DNA of 64,000 bases from a virus (taxonomy: Duplodnaviria > Caudoviricetes). The stretch lies in the IMG/VR virus record IMGVR_UViG_3300037067_012088, positions 32,001 to 96,000 of that record; one strand, given 5' to 3'. The translations under genes and the position numbers were made by a program. Of this stretch, positions 39,355 to 48,540 are shown piece by piece (position 1 is the stretch's first letter; each line of letters opens with the position of its first letter). The notes below the pieces were generated by a model. That model had not been told where the DNA came from. It saw nothing but the letters and a program-made list of their open reading frames with translations, and did no database searches.

Positions 39355-39384
39355 AAAAAGACCCGGCGTGGTGACCGGGTCTCG
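39355..39384 (-). terminator. Intrinsic terminator after the major capsid gene
   Basis: GAGACCCGG/CCGGGTCT stem plus U-run. Confidence 0.8.
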
Positions 39385-39408
39385 TAAGTAATTGATTAGT
39401 AACGCTTA

Positions 39409-40584
39409 TCAGCAAATCAGACCGAGCTTTGCGCGACCGTCGAGCGAAAGGTAGCCTTCGTTCACCGATCCATACCAACCCACTTTGCCAGAACGATTTG
39501 TGAAGGTGTCATCCGCCGCCACCGCCCACTCCCCGTTCTTGTTGCTCTGACGCACGCGCACCAGATCGAACATGGATTGGTTGGCACCGACGAGGATTTC
39601 CTCGGTGGTAGGAGCGAAGACCGCAGAACCCGCACCCGTGATGTCGGCATACTGGGTCGAACCAGCATAGGTGCCGAACACCGTGTTGTATTGCTGATTA
39701 ACACCCAGTTCGTTATACTCGTGTAGATCGGTATCGAAGAAGGAGGTAAGACCGCCACCCTTCCAGATCTCTTCACGAACCGACTCAGGAGCCGCGATGG
39801 CCGTATTGCTGGTCTCGTTCGAGCCGATGGAACCCGGGCGGGTATTCTGCGGCTGGAATGAGATGGCGCGAATCTGACCCATGATCTCCGGGGAGATGGC
39901 AAGATCCGTCAGGCTGGCGCGGATACCGAGCGGCGTTCCACCCAACCACGAAGACACGATCCGGCGATACTTGGTCTTCATGTCGTTGAACTCTTGGAGA
40001 CCGAACACACCCGGGGTGCGGGCGCGAATGACTTCAAGGTTGGACACGGCGTTGTTGGACGCATTACCATCGATACGGGCATTCGCGAGCGAAGCCATGA
40101 TGATGTTGGTGGCGTTCAGGTTCTGCTTGACCAAGACTTCCTGCGCGAGACGCTCAAGGGTCATGGCGACAGCCTGCATATCGGCAGCCGCGATAAACGA
40201 CTTGTCGAGCGAGGCCGCACCTTGGAACTGATAGGTGCCGACATACATGTCCGAGATGCCCTGCACGAAGTTAGTGGCGGTGCCACCAGCCATCGACTGG
40301 GTGAAGACATGCAGGTAGTTGCGCTGCTTGATGTCGAAGAACAGGGACAGCGGGAGTTTCGGAGCCTCGTTAGGACCGATGCCGTAGACTTGGAACCAGT
40401 TGGCGAAAACCGGAGCCTGCTCAATGACTTGCAGAAGGGGACGGTTGACCACGGCGGCGATGGCCTCGGCAGCCGCAAGAGACTCCGTGCGGTTATCGGA
40501 GGCCAGTTCGCGCACAATCGCCTGCTGCTCAGGGGTGAGCTGCATGTCGATGTGGAGGTAGTTAAGATTCTTCTTGTTTTTCAT
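39409..40584 (-). CDS. Major capsid protein
   Basis: ~390 aa, canonical position after portal-protease-decoration, strong terminator; start may be 40545. Confidence 0.75.
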   Translation of the reverse strand: MKNKKNLNYLHIDMQLTPEQQAIVRELASDNRTESLAAAEAIAAVVNRPLLQVIEQAPVFANWFQVYGIGPNEAPKLPLSLFFDIKQRNYLHVFTQSMAGGTATNFVQGISDMYVGTYQFQGAASLDKSFIAAADMQAVAMTLERLAQEVLVKQNLNATNIIMASLANARIDGNASNNAVSNLEVIRARTPGVFGLQEFNDMKTKYRRIVSSWLGGTPLGIRASLTDLAISPEIMGQIRAISFQPQNTRPGSIGSNETSNTAIAAPESVREEIWKGGGLTSFFDTDLHEYNELGVNQQYNTVFGTYAGSTQYADITGAGSAVFAPTTEEILVGANQSMFDLVRVRQSNKNGEWAVAADDTFTNRSGKVGWYGSVNEGYLSLDGRAKLGLIC

Positions 40585-40602
40585 GTGAGTGATTTCCTTT
40601 TA

Positions 40603-41226
40603 TTAGGCTCCCTTGAGTTCCAGTTCGAAGTAACCACCGTTGTTGGCACCAGACGCGCTGGCGACGGAACCGACGATCCACGCGTTCCAGCCGGTCTGAC
40701 CGACAGGATTGAGGGCCGTGGTAGCTTCCGTGGGGGTGAGCTGGGCGAAGGCGCCGACACCCGTCGCGACAACCGGGTAACCCGCGAGCGGGGCCTTGTT
40801 GATGCGGTCGAGGGCGAAGGTATACTTGCCGCGCTGAGCGAAGGGAACCGAATTACCGGTGGCCACGAAACCACGCGCTTCGCGGGTCTGCTGAGGCATC
40901 AGGTTGATCGGGAGACCGTTTTCCTCAGTGAGGGCAGTCGTGTAAAGCGTGACACCCGCGATCTCATACTTCGTGTCGCCAGCCGCAGCGGGACGAACCC
41001 GGCGGTTGTTGAAGTAGAGGGGAGCATACGTGTTGGTGTAGCTCGCGCCGACAGCTTGGGTGGAGTAACCATCCGCGTTGTCAGGCGACTGATTGCCCGT
41101 GACGTAAGTCACCAGCATGCCATTCAGACCAGTGCCGAGAAGGGCATACTGATCGCGGCGTTCGAAAGGATTCTCGACCCGGAAGGGGCGAAGGTTACCT
41201 TGACCTAGTGTAGAAGCGGTTGCCAT
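40603..41226 (-). CDS. Capsid decoration/auxiliary protein
   Basis: Directly upstream of the MCP; beta-tulip-like size and composition. Confidence 0.6.
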   Translation of the reverse strand: MATASTLGQGNLRPFRVENPFERRDQYALLGTGLNGMLVTYVTGNQSPDNADGYSTQAVGASYTNTYAPLYFNNRRVRPAAAGDTKYEIAGVTLYTTALTEENGLPINLMPQQTREARGFVATGNSVPFAQRGKYTFALDRINKAPLAGYPVVATGVGAFAQLTPTEATTALNPVGQTGWNAWIVGSVASASGANNGGYFELELKGA

Positions 41227-41250
41227 GATGTTTTAGTGGGTTGTTAGTTG

Positions 41251-41276
41251 ATACACAAATTCTTGAGGGGTTTACC
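41251..41276 (-). promoter_or_regulatory. Late-type promoter GGTAAAC-N12-TGTGTAT
   Basis: Motif match. Confidence 0.78.
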
Positions 41277-41283
41277 AAAAAAG

Positions 41284-41979
41284 TTACTTAGTCTCCTCCA
41301 GTTCACTGAATTTCTTGCCGCCCATGGTGACATTGGCGAAGGCAGCCTGCGCGCGATCCTTGAGGGTCTTGGTGACTTCGAGAGTGGAGCCAGCCGGAGT
41401 GGAAATCGGATTGGCGAGAGCGGAAGCAATCACCTCTTCGACGTTGAAGGTCTCGCCGAGCTTGACATTGACGCCCTTTTCTTTGAGGGAAGCGACAAGC
41501 TGTTCGCGGGAAGCCTTAGCCTCATCTTTCTTCTGCTTGATGAAGTCCTTGGTCTTCTCTTTCATCAGCTTCTTGGACTTCTCCATGAACTTGGCGAAGG
41601 CCTCGTCGGAAAGATCCTTGATGTCGGCGACTACTTCGGCGCGCTCATCATCGGAGAACTCGAAGGTCTCGGAAAGCAGGTTCATGCGCTCATCGAACTT
41701 GCGAGCCATGGCCTCAGACTGCTGAGTGGCCTTGATCTGGTCGAGTTCGGCCTTGACGGCGGTGAGGTCTTGAAGGGCCTGATCGCGCGCGGCTTCAATC
41801 TCGGTCTTAAGTCGGGCGACTTCGGAGGCCTGTGTTTCAGCGGCTTTCTTGGCCTCTTCACGGCGCACGCTTTCCTGTTGGATGGCTTCAATCACAGTGA
41901 GCGAAGCCATGGCGACTTCCTTGAAGTCCTCCAGTTTCTCGGCCTTGGTCACCTTGTCTTGGTATTCTTTGAGGTTCAT
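41284..41979 (-). CDS. Nested in-frame scaffolding protein
   Basis: Internal ATG (MNLKEYQ) at the start of the coiled coil, preceded by an internal late promoter. Confidence 0.6.
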   Translation of the reverse strand: MNLKEYQDKVTKAEKLEDFKEVAMASLTVIEAIQQESVRREEAKKAAETQASEVARLKTEIEAARDQALQDLTAVKAELDQIKATQQSEAMARKFDERMNLLSETFEFSDDERAEVVADIKDLSDEAFAKFMEKSKKLMKEKTKDFIKQKKDEAKASREQLVASLKEKGVNVKLGETFNVEEVIASALANPISTPAGSTLEVTKTLKDRAQAAFANVTMGGKKFSELEETK

Positions 41980-43005
41980 GATAGATGGGTTGATTATTGT
42001 CGTAACGGGTGATACACCGATTTTAAGCACGTTTGCCGCGATCTGGTAAAAATTGTTGAAGCGGACTTGCGCGGCGGCCCTAAAAGCGTCATCATTTGGG
42101 GCGCCGATTTCGCCGGTATCGTCATCGTCATTACCGAGACGGGCTTGAACCGGCATAGGAACGGCCACCTTGTTAACATCAATCGGCTCCTTGGATTCCA
42201 CCGGTTCTTGAACCTTGTTGGCGGGCGGCTCAACCGATTCCGTAATCACGGTAAGACCCTTGACTGGCGCGGCGGGGTTTTCGACGATACCTCCACCCAG
42301 CGGAATCGTGGTGATGGGCAAGATACGATAGGTGCGACCTTCACCCTCTAACGAGGCACCGTTCCCCTTGTAGGCGCGCAGGGTCTTCTTCCACTTGGCA
42401 AAATCGGGGGCGTCCGGTGTGATGAGTTTGGTGGCACTGGCGATGGCAATCTGGTCGTCTGGAAGCACCGCGATGTAGAAGCCCTTGAACGCCATCTCAA
42501 AGGACAGAGAAAGAGAGTTGAAGTCACTGTGCGCCGGGTTAGAGGACGCCACAATGTCGTCGGCCAAATCTGGGTTAACCGCTTTCCACACCACGAAAAC
42601 GAGAGCGATATTGAAGGGTTGATCAGACTCACGCGCTTCCTCTTCCGTGATGACGCGATTGGTGCCAATTTCACTCAGGCCGGCGTGAAGGACGAACCCG
42701 ACTACCTGTTTGCGGCGGTGCTCGAAGTCGATGAACTTGTTCTTGAACTTGGAGTATACGGCAAGCGCGGTGATCTTGTCCATGCCGTCATCATTGCGAT
42801 TGACTATGCCGGCGACCGCAATGTTACCGGCGCATATCAAGAGATCCGGATTTGCCTCGGGATCGATACCAGCGGGCAAGAGGGTCTTGAGGTCATTCAG
42901 CGACGCCTTCGCTTCTTCAAGCACCTGCGGGTCCGGTTCGATGGCGCGAACCGATGCGGTCAGAATGAGGGTCTCTTCGATGAGTTCTTCAGGAGTGCTA
43001 TCCAT
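41284..43005 (-). CDS. Prohead protease/scaffold protein
   Basis: 'VNRNDDG', 'IDFEH', 'SLSFE', 'GGGIVENPA' protease-like N-domain plus C-terminal coiled coil; start moved to ATG 43005. Confidence 0.75.
   Translation of the reverse strand: MDSTPEELIEETLILTASVRAIEPDPQVLEEAKASLNDLKTLLPAGIDPEANPDLLICAGNIAVAGIVNRNDDGMDKITALAVYSKFKNKFIDFEHRRKQVVGFVLHAGLSEIGTNRVITEEEARESDQPFNIALVFVVWKAVNPDLADDIVASSNPAHSDFNSLSLSFEMAFKGFYIAVLPDDQIAIASATKLITPDAPDFAKWKKTLRAYKGNGASLEGEGRTYRILPITTIPLGGGIVENPAAPVKGLTVITESVEPPANKVQEPVESKEPIDVNKVAVPMPVQARLGNDDDDTGEIGAPNDDAFRAAAQVRFNNFYQIAANVLKIGVSPVTTIINPSIMNLKEYQDKVTKAEKLEDFKEVAMASLTVIEAIQQESVRREEAKKAAETQASEVARLKTEIEAARDQALQDLTAVKAELDQIKATQQSEAMARKFDERMNLLSETFEFSDDERAEVVADIKDLSDEAFAKFMEKSKKLMKEKTKDFIKQKKDEAKASREQLVASLKEKGVNVKLGETFNVEEVIASALANPISTPAGSTLEVTKTLKDRAQAAFANVTMGGKKFSELEETK
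42012..42037 (-). promoter_or_regulatory. Intragenic late-type promoter GGCAAAC-N12-GGTGTAT
   Basis: Motif match inside the protease linker. Confidence 0.7.
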
Positions 43006-43014
43006 TCTCCTGTG

Positions 43015-43040
43015 ATACACCGGATTAGAAGGCCCTTACC
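43015..43040 (-). promoter_or_regulatory. Late-type promoter GGTAAGG-N12-GGTGTAT
   Basis: Motif match; ATG 10 nt downstream. Confidence 0.75.
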
Positions 43041-43168
43041 CGCCAACGTATCCCACCGACGCCATGCGACCACAATTTGACTAGCCATTGAGAGCCCTCT
43101 CGGCATGCTAGAAATGGTCCCCATTTGGCGACAAACGAGTCTCCCTCCCACGCGCAAACCGGCTTCAT
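43025..43168 (-). CDS. Small Trp-rich protein (47 aa)
   Basis: ATGA overlap with the portal stop; exactly fills the gap. Confidence 0.4.
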   Translation of the reverse strand: MKPVCAWEGDSFVAKWGPFLACREGSQWLVKLWSHGVGGIRWRVRAF

Positions 43169-45168
43169 GTTGCCTCCTCGATGCGGGCTTTATGCAGCAG
43201 TATCGCCGTCCACTCGTCCACCTCGAACTCCAGCCTGATCCCGTCAATCTCATTCGCGATATCAACTGGGATGTCCTTGGGGTCTTTGATATATGAGGCT
43301 ATCGCCTCGTCCCACTTATCTTGGGGTTCGTTGACCACGATGGAGCGAGCGACCGCTGCCGCTAAATCACCTTGGACGCCGTCTAGTTTCTTGAGCTTGA
43401 AAGCCTTCTGGTAAGCCTTCTCTACCTTGGCGCGAACCGCATCCATGATGGGGAGGGTCTCTACAATCTTGGCCTGACTAAGCTGGATACTCGCGCGAGA
43501 CGTGCCAACGGGACTGATTTTCTTGCTCGTCTGCTTGGCTTTGGAACCGGCAGGACGACCGTTCGGGCCGCCTTCGCCTTCCTTGGGTCCACCCACTAGA
43601 GGCATGTAATAACCCTTGTCGCGGTCGGTCTTGTATTCCGCCTGACGTTCCTCAGAGTCTTCGCGCGTGGGAAGGATGCCAGTCTTGAGCGCGTCGTTAA
43701 GCTGGTCAGGAGTGAGCAGACCAAGTTGTGCCATCTGGGCATAGATGCGGTTCATCACGGCGCCGTCCTCAAGGTTAATCTCCTCGAACTCCACCAGCGG
43801 GATGTTGCGGAAACCCATCGCCTCGCACACCTTCTTAATCTCGGGGCGCAGGAAGTCGTTCAGGAAAGCCTGTCGCCCCTGACTGAGCACCTGCACAAAC
43901 ATCTTGGCCTTGATGGAAGCGGTGGCGAATTTCTCGTCACCGAAAAGGGTGAACTGAAGACCCTCCTTGATATACTTGTTGACCACCTCATACTTCGCCG
44001 GCCCGAGCAGCTCCTTGAGGTCGGGAATCTTCCACTCCATCTTGGTCGTCCAATCGGACACGAGCACGCGCCCAACCGAATTGTTCTGGAAGATGGCTTG
44101 AAGGCGCTGAAGGGTCTCCTTGCCCATCGGCGGGTTCTTGTCGTCGGCCGGCGCACCAGCGGTAACAAGCAAGAGGGCCTGTTCCACCATGCGCGCCATC
44201 GACATGTCCATGCGCTTCAGTTCCAACATCCACTCAATATCGTTTAACACCGGCCAGACCATCGGCACCGCGAGGGGCTCGTAGTCCTGCTTGCGGTAGA
44301 ATACGTAATAGAGGCGTTTCGTATCAAGCGGCGCCCAGATGTAGGGGTAGGAACCGTAGTTCTTGATCTGCTCCTGAATATACTTGGGGAAGGACTTGAG
44401 CACCTGTTTGTCTTCGGGCGTCTGAGGATCGCGCAACCGCTGAAGCTCATATGTCGAGAGCATCTTGGAGAAGTTATAGGCGTAGGTCGGCCCGATTTGG
44501 AGGCTCATCTGACCCGGATTCAAGATGATATAGCGAATGGGCAGTTCGGGGCTCTTGGCGGAGAAGGCGGTTTCGAGAGTCTTGAACTTGTCGGGGGCGA
44601 TAGCTCCGTTGAACTTGTAGATGAATACGTTGCCTGAGCGGTAGTACTCTCTGAAGAATTGAGGCTGAAACGAAGAGAGACCAATCGTCTCGAACCAGTG
44701 CAGGAAGAACTTCTTAACCGTCTTATTGGGACACTTAACACGAAGGTTCCCAATGGAGAAGTCGGTGTAAAGATCGATAGCGTTTCGTATTTGCGAGACG
44801 TTAAAATAAGCGGCAAGAGTGATATCGATAACCGCCCCCATGGAATACCCTCCATTCCTCTCCGTGAACGGGATAACACCACTGCTGATGTTGCGATAAG
44901 CGTTTGTGTCAGCAATCGAGTTGGCCCACGTATTGCGACCTACCGACCCACCGGTTCCGCCGCCACACGCAGCTAAAGCGGTAAAATGATCTTTGGCAAA
45001 CACCGGAGCCACGCTCGCGGCCGACTGATCCAGCAGAGCCTTGTAGGTCTCTGTATCTACCGCGCGAATCGAAGAAGCAGCGGTCGCCTGAGGGGCCTGA
45101 GCCCCCGCAGATAGCTGTTTCCTTCCTTCCCAGTAACCAGTATCCTTCTTGACATATGATCTCGACAT
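43165..45168 (-). CDS. Portal protein
   Basis: Follows TerL; 'IRNAIDLYTDF', 'FFREYYRSGNVFIY', 'RKQDYEPLAVP'. Confidence 0.8.
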   Translation of the reverse strand: MSRSYVKKDTGYWEGRKQLSAGAQAPQATAASSIRAVDTETYKALLDQSAASVAPVFAKDHFTALAACGGGTGGSVGRNTWANSIADTNAYRNISSGVIPFTERNGGYSMGAVIDITLAAYFNVSQIRNAIDLYTDFSIGNLRVKCPNKTVKKFFLHWFETIGLSSFQPQFFREYYRSGNVFIYKFNGAIAPDKFKTLETAFSAKSPELPIRYIILNPGQMSLQIGPTYAYNFSKMLSTYELQRLRDPQTPEDKQVLKSFPKYIQEQIKNYGSYPYIWAPLDTKRLYYVFYRKQDYEPLAVPMVWPVLNDIEWMLELKRMDMSMARMVEQALLLVTAGAPADDKNPPMGKETLQRLQAIFQNNSVGRVLVSDWTTKMEWKIPDLKELLGPAKYEVVNKYIKEGLQFTLFGDEKFATASIKAKMFVQVLSQGRQAFLNDFLRPEIKKVCEAMGFRNIPLVEFEEINLEDGAVMNRIYAQMAQLGLLTPDQLNDALKTGILPTREDSEERQAEYKTDRDKGYYMPLVGGPKEGEGGPNGRPAGSKAKQTSKKISPVGTSRASIQLSQAKIVETLPIMDAVRAKVEKAYQKAFKLKKLDGVQGDLAAAVARSIVVNEPQDKWDEAIASYIKDPKDIPVDIANEIDGIRLEFEVDEWTAILLHKARIEEAT

Positions 45169-45176
45169 GGCTTCTT

Positions 45177-45202
45177 ATACACCCAAATCGACCCGGTTTA
45201 CC
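45177..45202 (-). promoter_or_regulatory. Late-type promoter GGTAAAC-N12-GGTGTAT
   Basis: Perfect match; ATG 9 nt downstream. Confidence 0.8.
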
Positions 45203-45223
45203 AATCTACTTTCAATCTACTTT
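45202..45223. repeat. Tandem 11-bp direct repeat CAATCTACTTT x2
   Basis: Seen directly in the terL-portal intergenic gap. Confidence 0.8.
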
Positions 45224-45228
45224 GTCAC

Positions 45229-48200
45229 TTACTTGATAAACGGATACTGCGCTGGCCCACCAATCAGCACCGGCACGAACCCGATATCCCCATCAACCGG
45301 CGGCAAGTTCATGGCATTCGTGTAGATATACAAGCACCAGTTGGCAAGGAGCAGCGCGGAATACGAGTCCTTACGCACCTTGTTGCGCGTCTTGCCCGCG
45401 CGCTTCATGTGAGAAGGTAGGTCCCAAGAGAGGTGGCCGAGACCATTCGATTTGAGTTCGATGAGGGCGCACTCCTTCTTGACGAGGTCCATGAGCAACT
45501 CCTGATGCGCGATGAAGTCGTCCTTGGGGCCGCCGACCGTGGTGTTGCCATCCTCACTCTTGGCGTTAAAGGCAGAGTGGACATCCAAGATGCGATCAAT
45601 CGACTTTTCCATCAAGATATCGAAAGAGGGTTTGTGAGCGCGAGGTTTGCCAGCGAAAACGATGTTGCGGTTGTCAAAACAGGCTTGAAGATGCTCGTTC
45701 GCGGCGCGCTGAAAATCGGAGTGGAAGTGCTGAGGATGAACATAGCGCCCGGCCATGCGATTGTAGCTCTGCTGAACCTGCTTGATGACCTCAGATGAGT
45801 GCTCCTTGCCGAAATCCGCCTCAATGGAGGCTAACATGATCTTCTTTTCTCGGAACAGCTCGGACTCGTTACAGATGTTGATAAAGCCGAGATTCGCGCC
45901 CTGAGAAGCGTCAAACCCAATGTAGACTATCTTGAAGGCCGTGAGCAGATAATAGAGGTATTCGATGTGCTCCTTAAGCGAGACTTCGCCCGACTGCGCG
46001 TATTGGTGGACCACCATGCCTATCTTGCGGATCGAGTCGTCGGACATCTTGCGCTCGACAATCTTGAGGACACACATGGCGAAGTGGTCAGAGTTCTCCG
46101 AATCAGATGCGTTTTGGTCAATACCAAGGACGTATTCGGCGTTAGGGTCACCCACAATCTCGACGCAAGGAGATTGGCCATCCTCAATGGTGCAGTTCTT
46201 CATCTTGGAGGCGCGGAAAAATCCGTCAGAGTCGCTGACAAACGCACTTTCGTATTCTCGCTTAATGGTAGTCTCAGAATACATGCCACTCTCGATTTCC
46301 TTCTTGATCGCCTTTTCCACGCGATCTTCATTGGCGACCTTCCATGAGAGTTGATGAACAAGATAGGAACCACCACCATAGCCCGCGATCTCTTCTGCGC
46401 TCTGTTCACCATGGATGATGCCGAGATACTTCTTGTAAAGCTCGTACAGATACTCCCATGAGTAGCTGGCGCTACTGATAACGATCATCTTGTTCTCCGA
46501 CTTGAACATCTCGCGCTGCTCTTCGGTCATGTGCCCGGCGGCGATGAGTCGGCTCTCCTTTTCGCGAATTCGCATACGCCGATTCACCTCAGTTTCGGAG
46601 GGGGTGAACAAGAACGGCTTGAGCACATTGTCGATGGTCGATTGAGAGATAAGAAGACCTTCGTCGATACCCAGCACGTTGGCACGAATACCACGAAGGC
46701 GATTAGGGTCGCCCAGCGGGACCGCGATGATGGAAGAACCGTTCTTGAACTTGATGGTATACTTGTCCGGCTTCTTCATCAAGTCTCCATCCATGGTCTG
46801 GCGAAGGAGAGTGCCGCCGGGGAAGCCCGCTTCATAGTCTGGCTTAGACCGAGACCACTCGTCGATATTCTCAAGAATCTTACGGCTCGACTTGAACTGA
46901 CCGCCGCTGACGATACAGATGTGCTTACCCGGATTGAGGATACAATAGAGGTAGCAGAAGTGACCATAAAGCCAGCTATTGTGATTGATGAAACCATCGC
47001 TCCAGTAGCATGCCTCGTTGGCTACTTGGATGTCAATGGAGACGGTATCGACCGGCTTGATCAACTTGATGGACTCGAAGTGATAGTCCTGACTCAAGAT
47101 AGCGTCAAGCTTGCCCTTGTCCTCTTGGTCGAGGAAATCGAATTGACGCACCTCCTTAAGGCGCGCTTGCGAGATTGATTTATGCAGTTTAATCCCCTTG
47201 TGGCGGAACTGGAATGGTCGATATTTGGTGCGGAAGTAGGCCCCGAGCGGGAGTAGGTTGTGATGGAAGGTGCTCGTTCCGGTGTTCGCTAGGTAACGGT
47301 TGACATTGTCCTGCTTGTATCCGATGCCGAATCCAATTTCCTTGGAGAATATCTTAACGTGCTCTCGATTGCTGATCTTCAGCGTCCACGCATCGTTCGT
47401 GTCATACGTTTTGCCATTCGCGAACTCTTGTGGGCCGCTCTTGTGGGTTAGATTGATGTAGGAAACGATGCCGTAGTTCAGTAGCACCGATTGGGTGGTC
47501 TTAAGGATGTCCCACGAAGACGAAGTAAGAGCGACCATACCACTCCATTGACTGCCCGAACCTTCGTGCTTGACAACCGAAAAACCATCGGTATCGAAAA
47601 GGCCACGAAGAAAGGCGGACATGTGGGGTTTGGACACCCCCAACACGCCTCGCGGAAAGACCTTCTTGTGGGCCTTCTCACCACAGAATCCCATGTGATA
47701 TAGGAACTGTTTAAAGAGAACGCTGGAGAACTCGTAGGACGTGGCTGTGGTCCCCGCTTTCTGGGATGCCCTGACAGGACGCCCGTCGATATAGCGAGGA
47801 ACGATGTCCAACATGAAGTCCCTTATCTCCTTATCGTCCGAGGTGACGCCAATGGCTCCCGGCACACCGCGAATACATCCATCACCCAAGAGGAGGCCGA
47901 GGAAGTAGTAGAGGTCTCTCTCGTGCTTGGGGGTAATTTCGTTGGCTTGTGCGGCGGCCTTTCCGATGAACGACTCAACGGGGTTCTTGTCCGCCCACGC
48001 ATCCATACCATGGCGAATCGGAATGATCTCGTTCCCGTCGAAGTCCTCGATGTTCTTCCATTCCATCTGAGCAGTAGAGGGGTTGAGATAGTAAACCTTA
48101 TGTCCCGTCTTACCCCTACACGTGAATCCACTACGAGTGACTATCTCGAATCCATCCTCCTTCGGGTTGACCGTCTTGCCCTCGATAGGCTGGAATCCCT

Positions 48201-48540
48201 TGTCTGCCCAAATCCTTTCACCCACGTAGGTTTCCTTTATGGCCTTGAGACCGTTTTCGGTCAAGACGATTGAATTCTCGTCGATACACTTCGACCAGCC
48301 ACGTCCGGCGACGGTAAGAGAGAAGTTCTTCTGAAGCCACCCCTTGAGCACGATTCGTTGGTCGGAATAGAGTATCATGCCCGTTAGCAAGCGCACTAGG
48401 AACCCGATATTGTAGCGCAGAAATCCGCCTAGCGTGATGCGTGCATCCTCTTCGGTGAGTTCACCAGCCAGTTTAAGGTAGGTGGCGTTCAGGTCCTCGC
48501 GCTCAGGATCGGGTCTATCAGTTGGGAGTGGGAACCACAT
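45229..48540 (-). CDS. terL: Terminase large subunit (intein-containing)
   Basis: Walker A 'AGRGWSK|S', 'RLRGIRANVLGIDE' Walker B, nuclease 'YVLGIDQ', 'RKDSYSAL'. Confidence 0.92.
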   Translation of the reverse strand: MWFPLPTDRPDPEREDLNATYLKLAGELTEEDARITLGGFLRYNIGFLVRLLTGMILYSDQRIVLKGWLQKNFSLTVAGRGWSKCIDENSIVLTENGLKAIKETYVGERIWADKGFQPIEGKTVNPKEDGFEIVTRSGFTCRGKTGHKVYYLNPSTAQMEWKNIEDFDGNEIIPIRHGMDAWADKNPVESFIGKAAAQANEITPKHERDLYYFLGLLLGDGCIRGVPGAIGVTSDDKEIRDFMLDIVPRYIDGRPVRASQKAGTTATSYEFSSVLFKQFLYHMGFCGEKAHKKVFPRGVLGVSKPHMSAFLRGLFDTDGFSVVKHEGSGSQWSGMVALTSSSWDILKTTQSVLLNYGIVSYINLTHKSGPQEFANGKTYDTNDAWTLKISNREHVKIFSKEIGFGIGYKQDNVNRYLANTGTSTFHHNLLPLGAYFRTKYRPFQFRHKGIKLHKSISQARLKEVRQFDFLDQEDKGKLDAILSQDYHFESIKLIKPVDTVSIDIQVANEACYWSDGFINHNSWLYGHFCYLYCILNPGKHICIVSGGQFKSSRKILENIDEWSRSKPDYEAGFPGGTLLRQTMDGDLMKKPDKYTIKFKNGSSIIAVPLGDPNRLRGIRANVLGIDEGLLISQSTIDNVLKPFLFTPSETEVNRRMRIREKESRLIAAGHMTEEQREMFKSENKMIVISSASYSWEYLYELYKKYLGIIHGEQSAEEIAGYGGGSYLVHQLSWKVANEDRVEKAIKKEIESGMYSETTIKREYESAFVSDSDGFFRASKMKNCTIEDGQSPCVEIVGDPNAEYVLGIDQNASDSENSDHFAMCVLKIVERKMSDDSIRKIGMVVHQYAQSGEVSLKEHIEYLYYLLTAFKIVYIGFDASQGANLGFINICNESELFREKKIMLASIEADFGKEHSSEVIKQVQQSYNRMAGRYVHPQHFHSDFQRAANEHLQACFDNRNIVFAGKPRAHKPSFDILMEKSIDRILDVHSAFNAKSEDGNTTVGGPKDDFIAHQELLMDLVKKECALIELKSNGLGHLSWDLPSHMKRAGKTRNKVRKDSYSALLLANWCLYIYTNAMNLPPVDGDIGFVPVLIGGPAQYPFIK
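46978..48288 (-). mobile_element. Intein with LAGLIDADG homing endonuclease (437 aa)
   Basis: Starts 'CIDENS', ends 'FINHN' with +1 Ser; 'FLGLLLGDG' and 'FLRGLFDTDG'. Confidence 0.93.

Noticed and set aside
39994-42012. Long + strand ORFs (404 aa, 254 aa) and similar antisense ORFs across the window
   Set aside because: Shadows of strongly codon-biased genes on the opposite strand; no motifs or promoters
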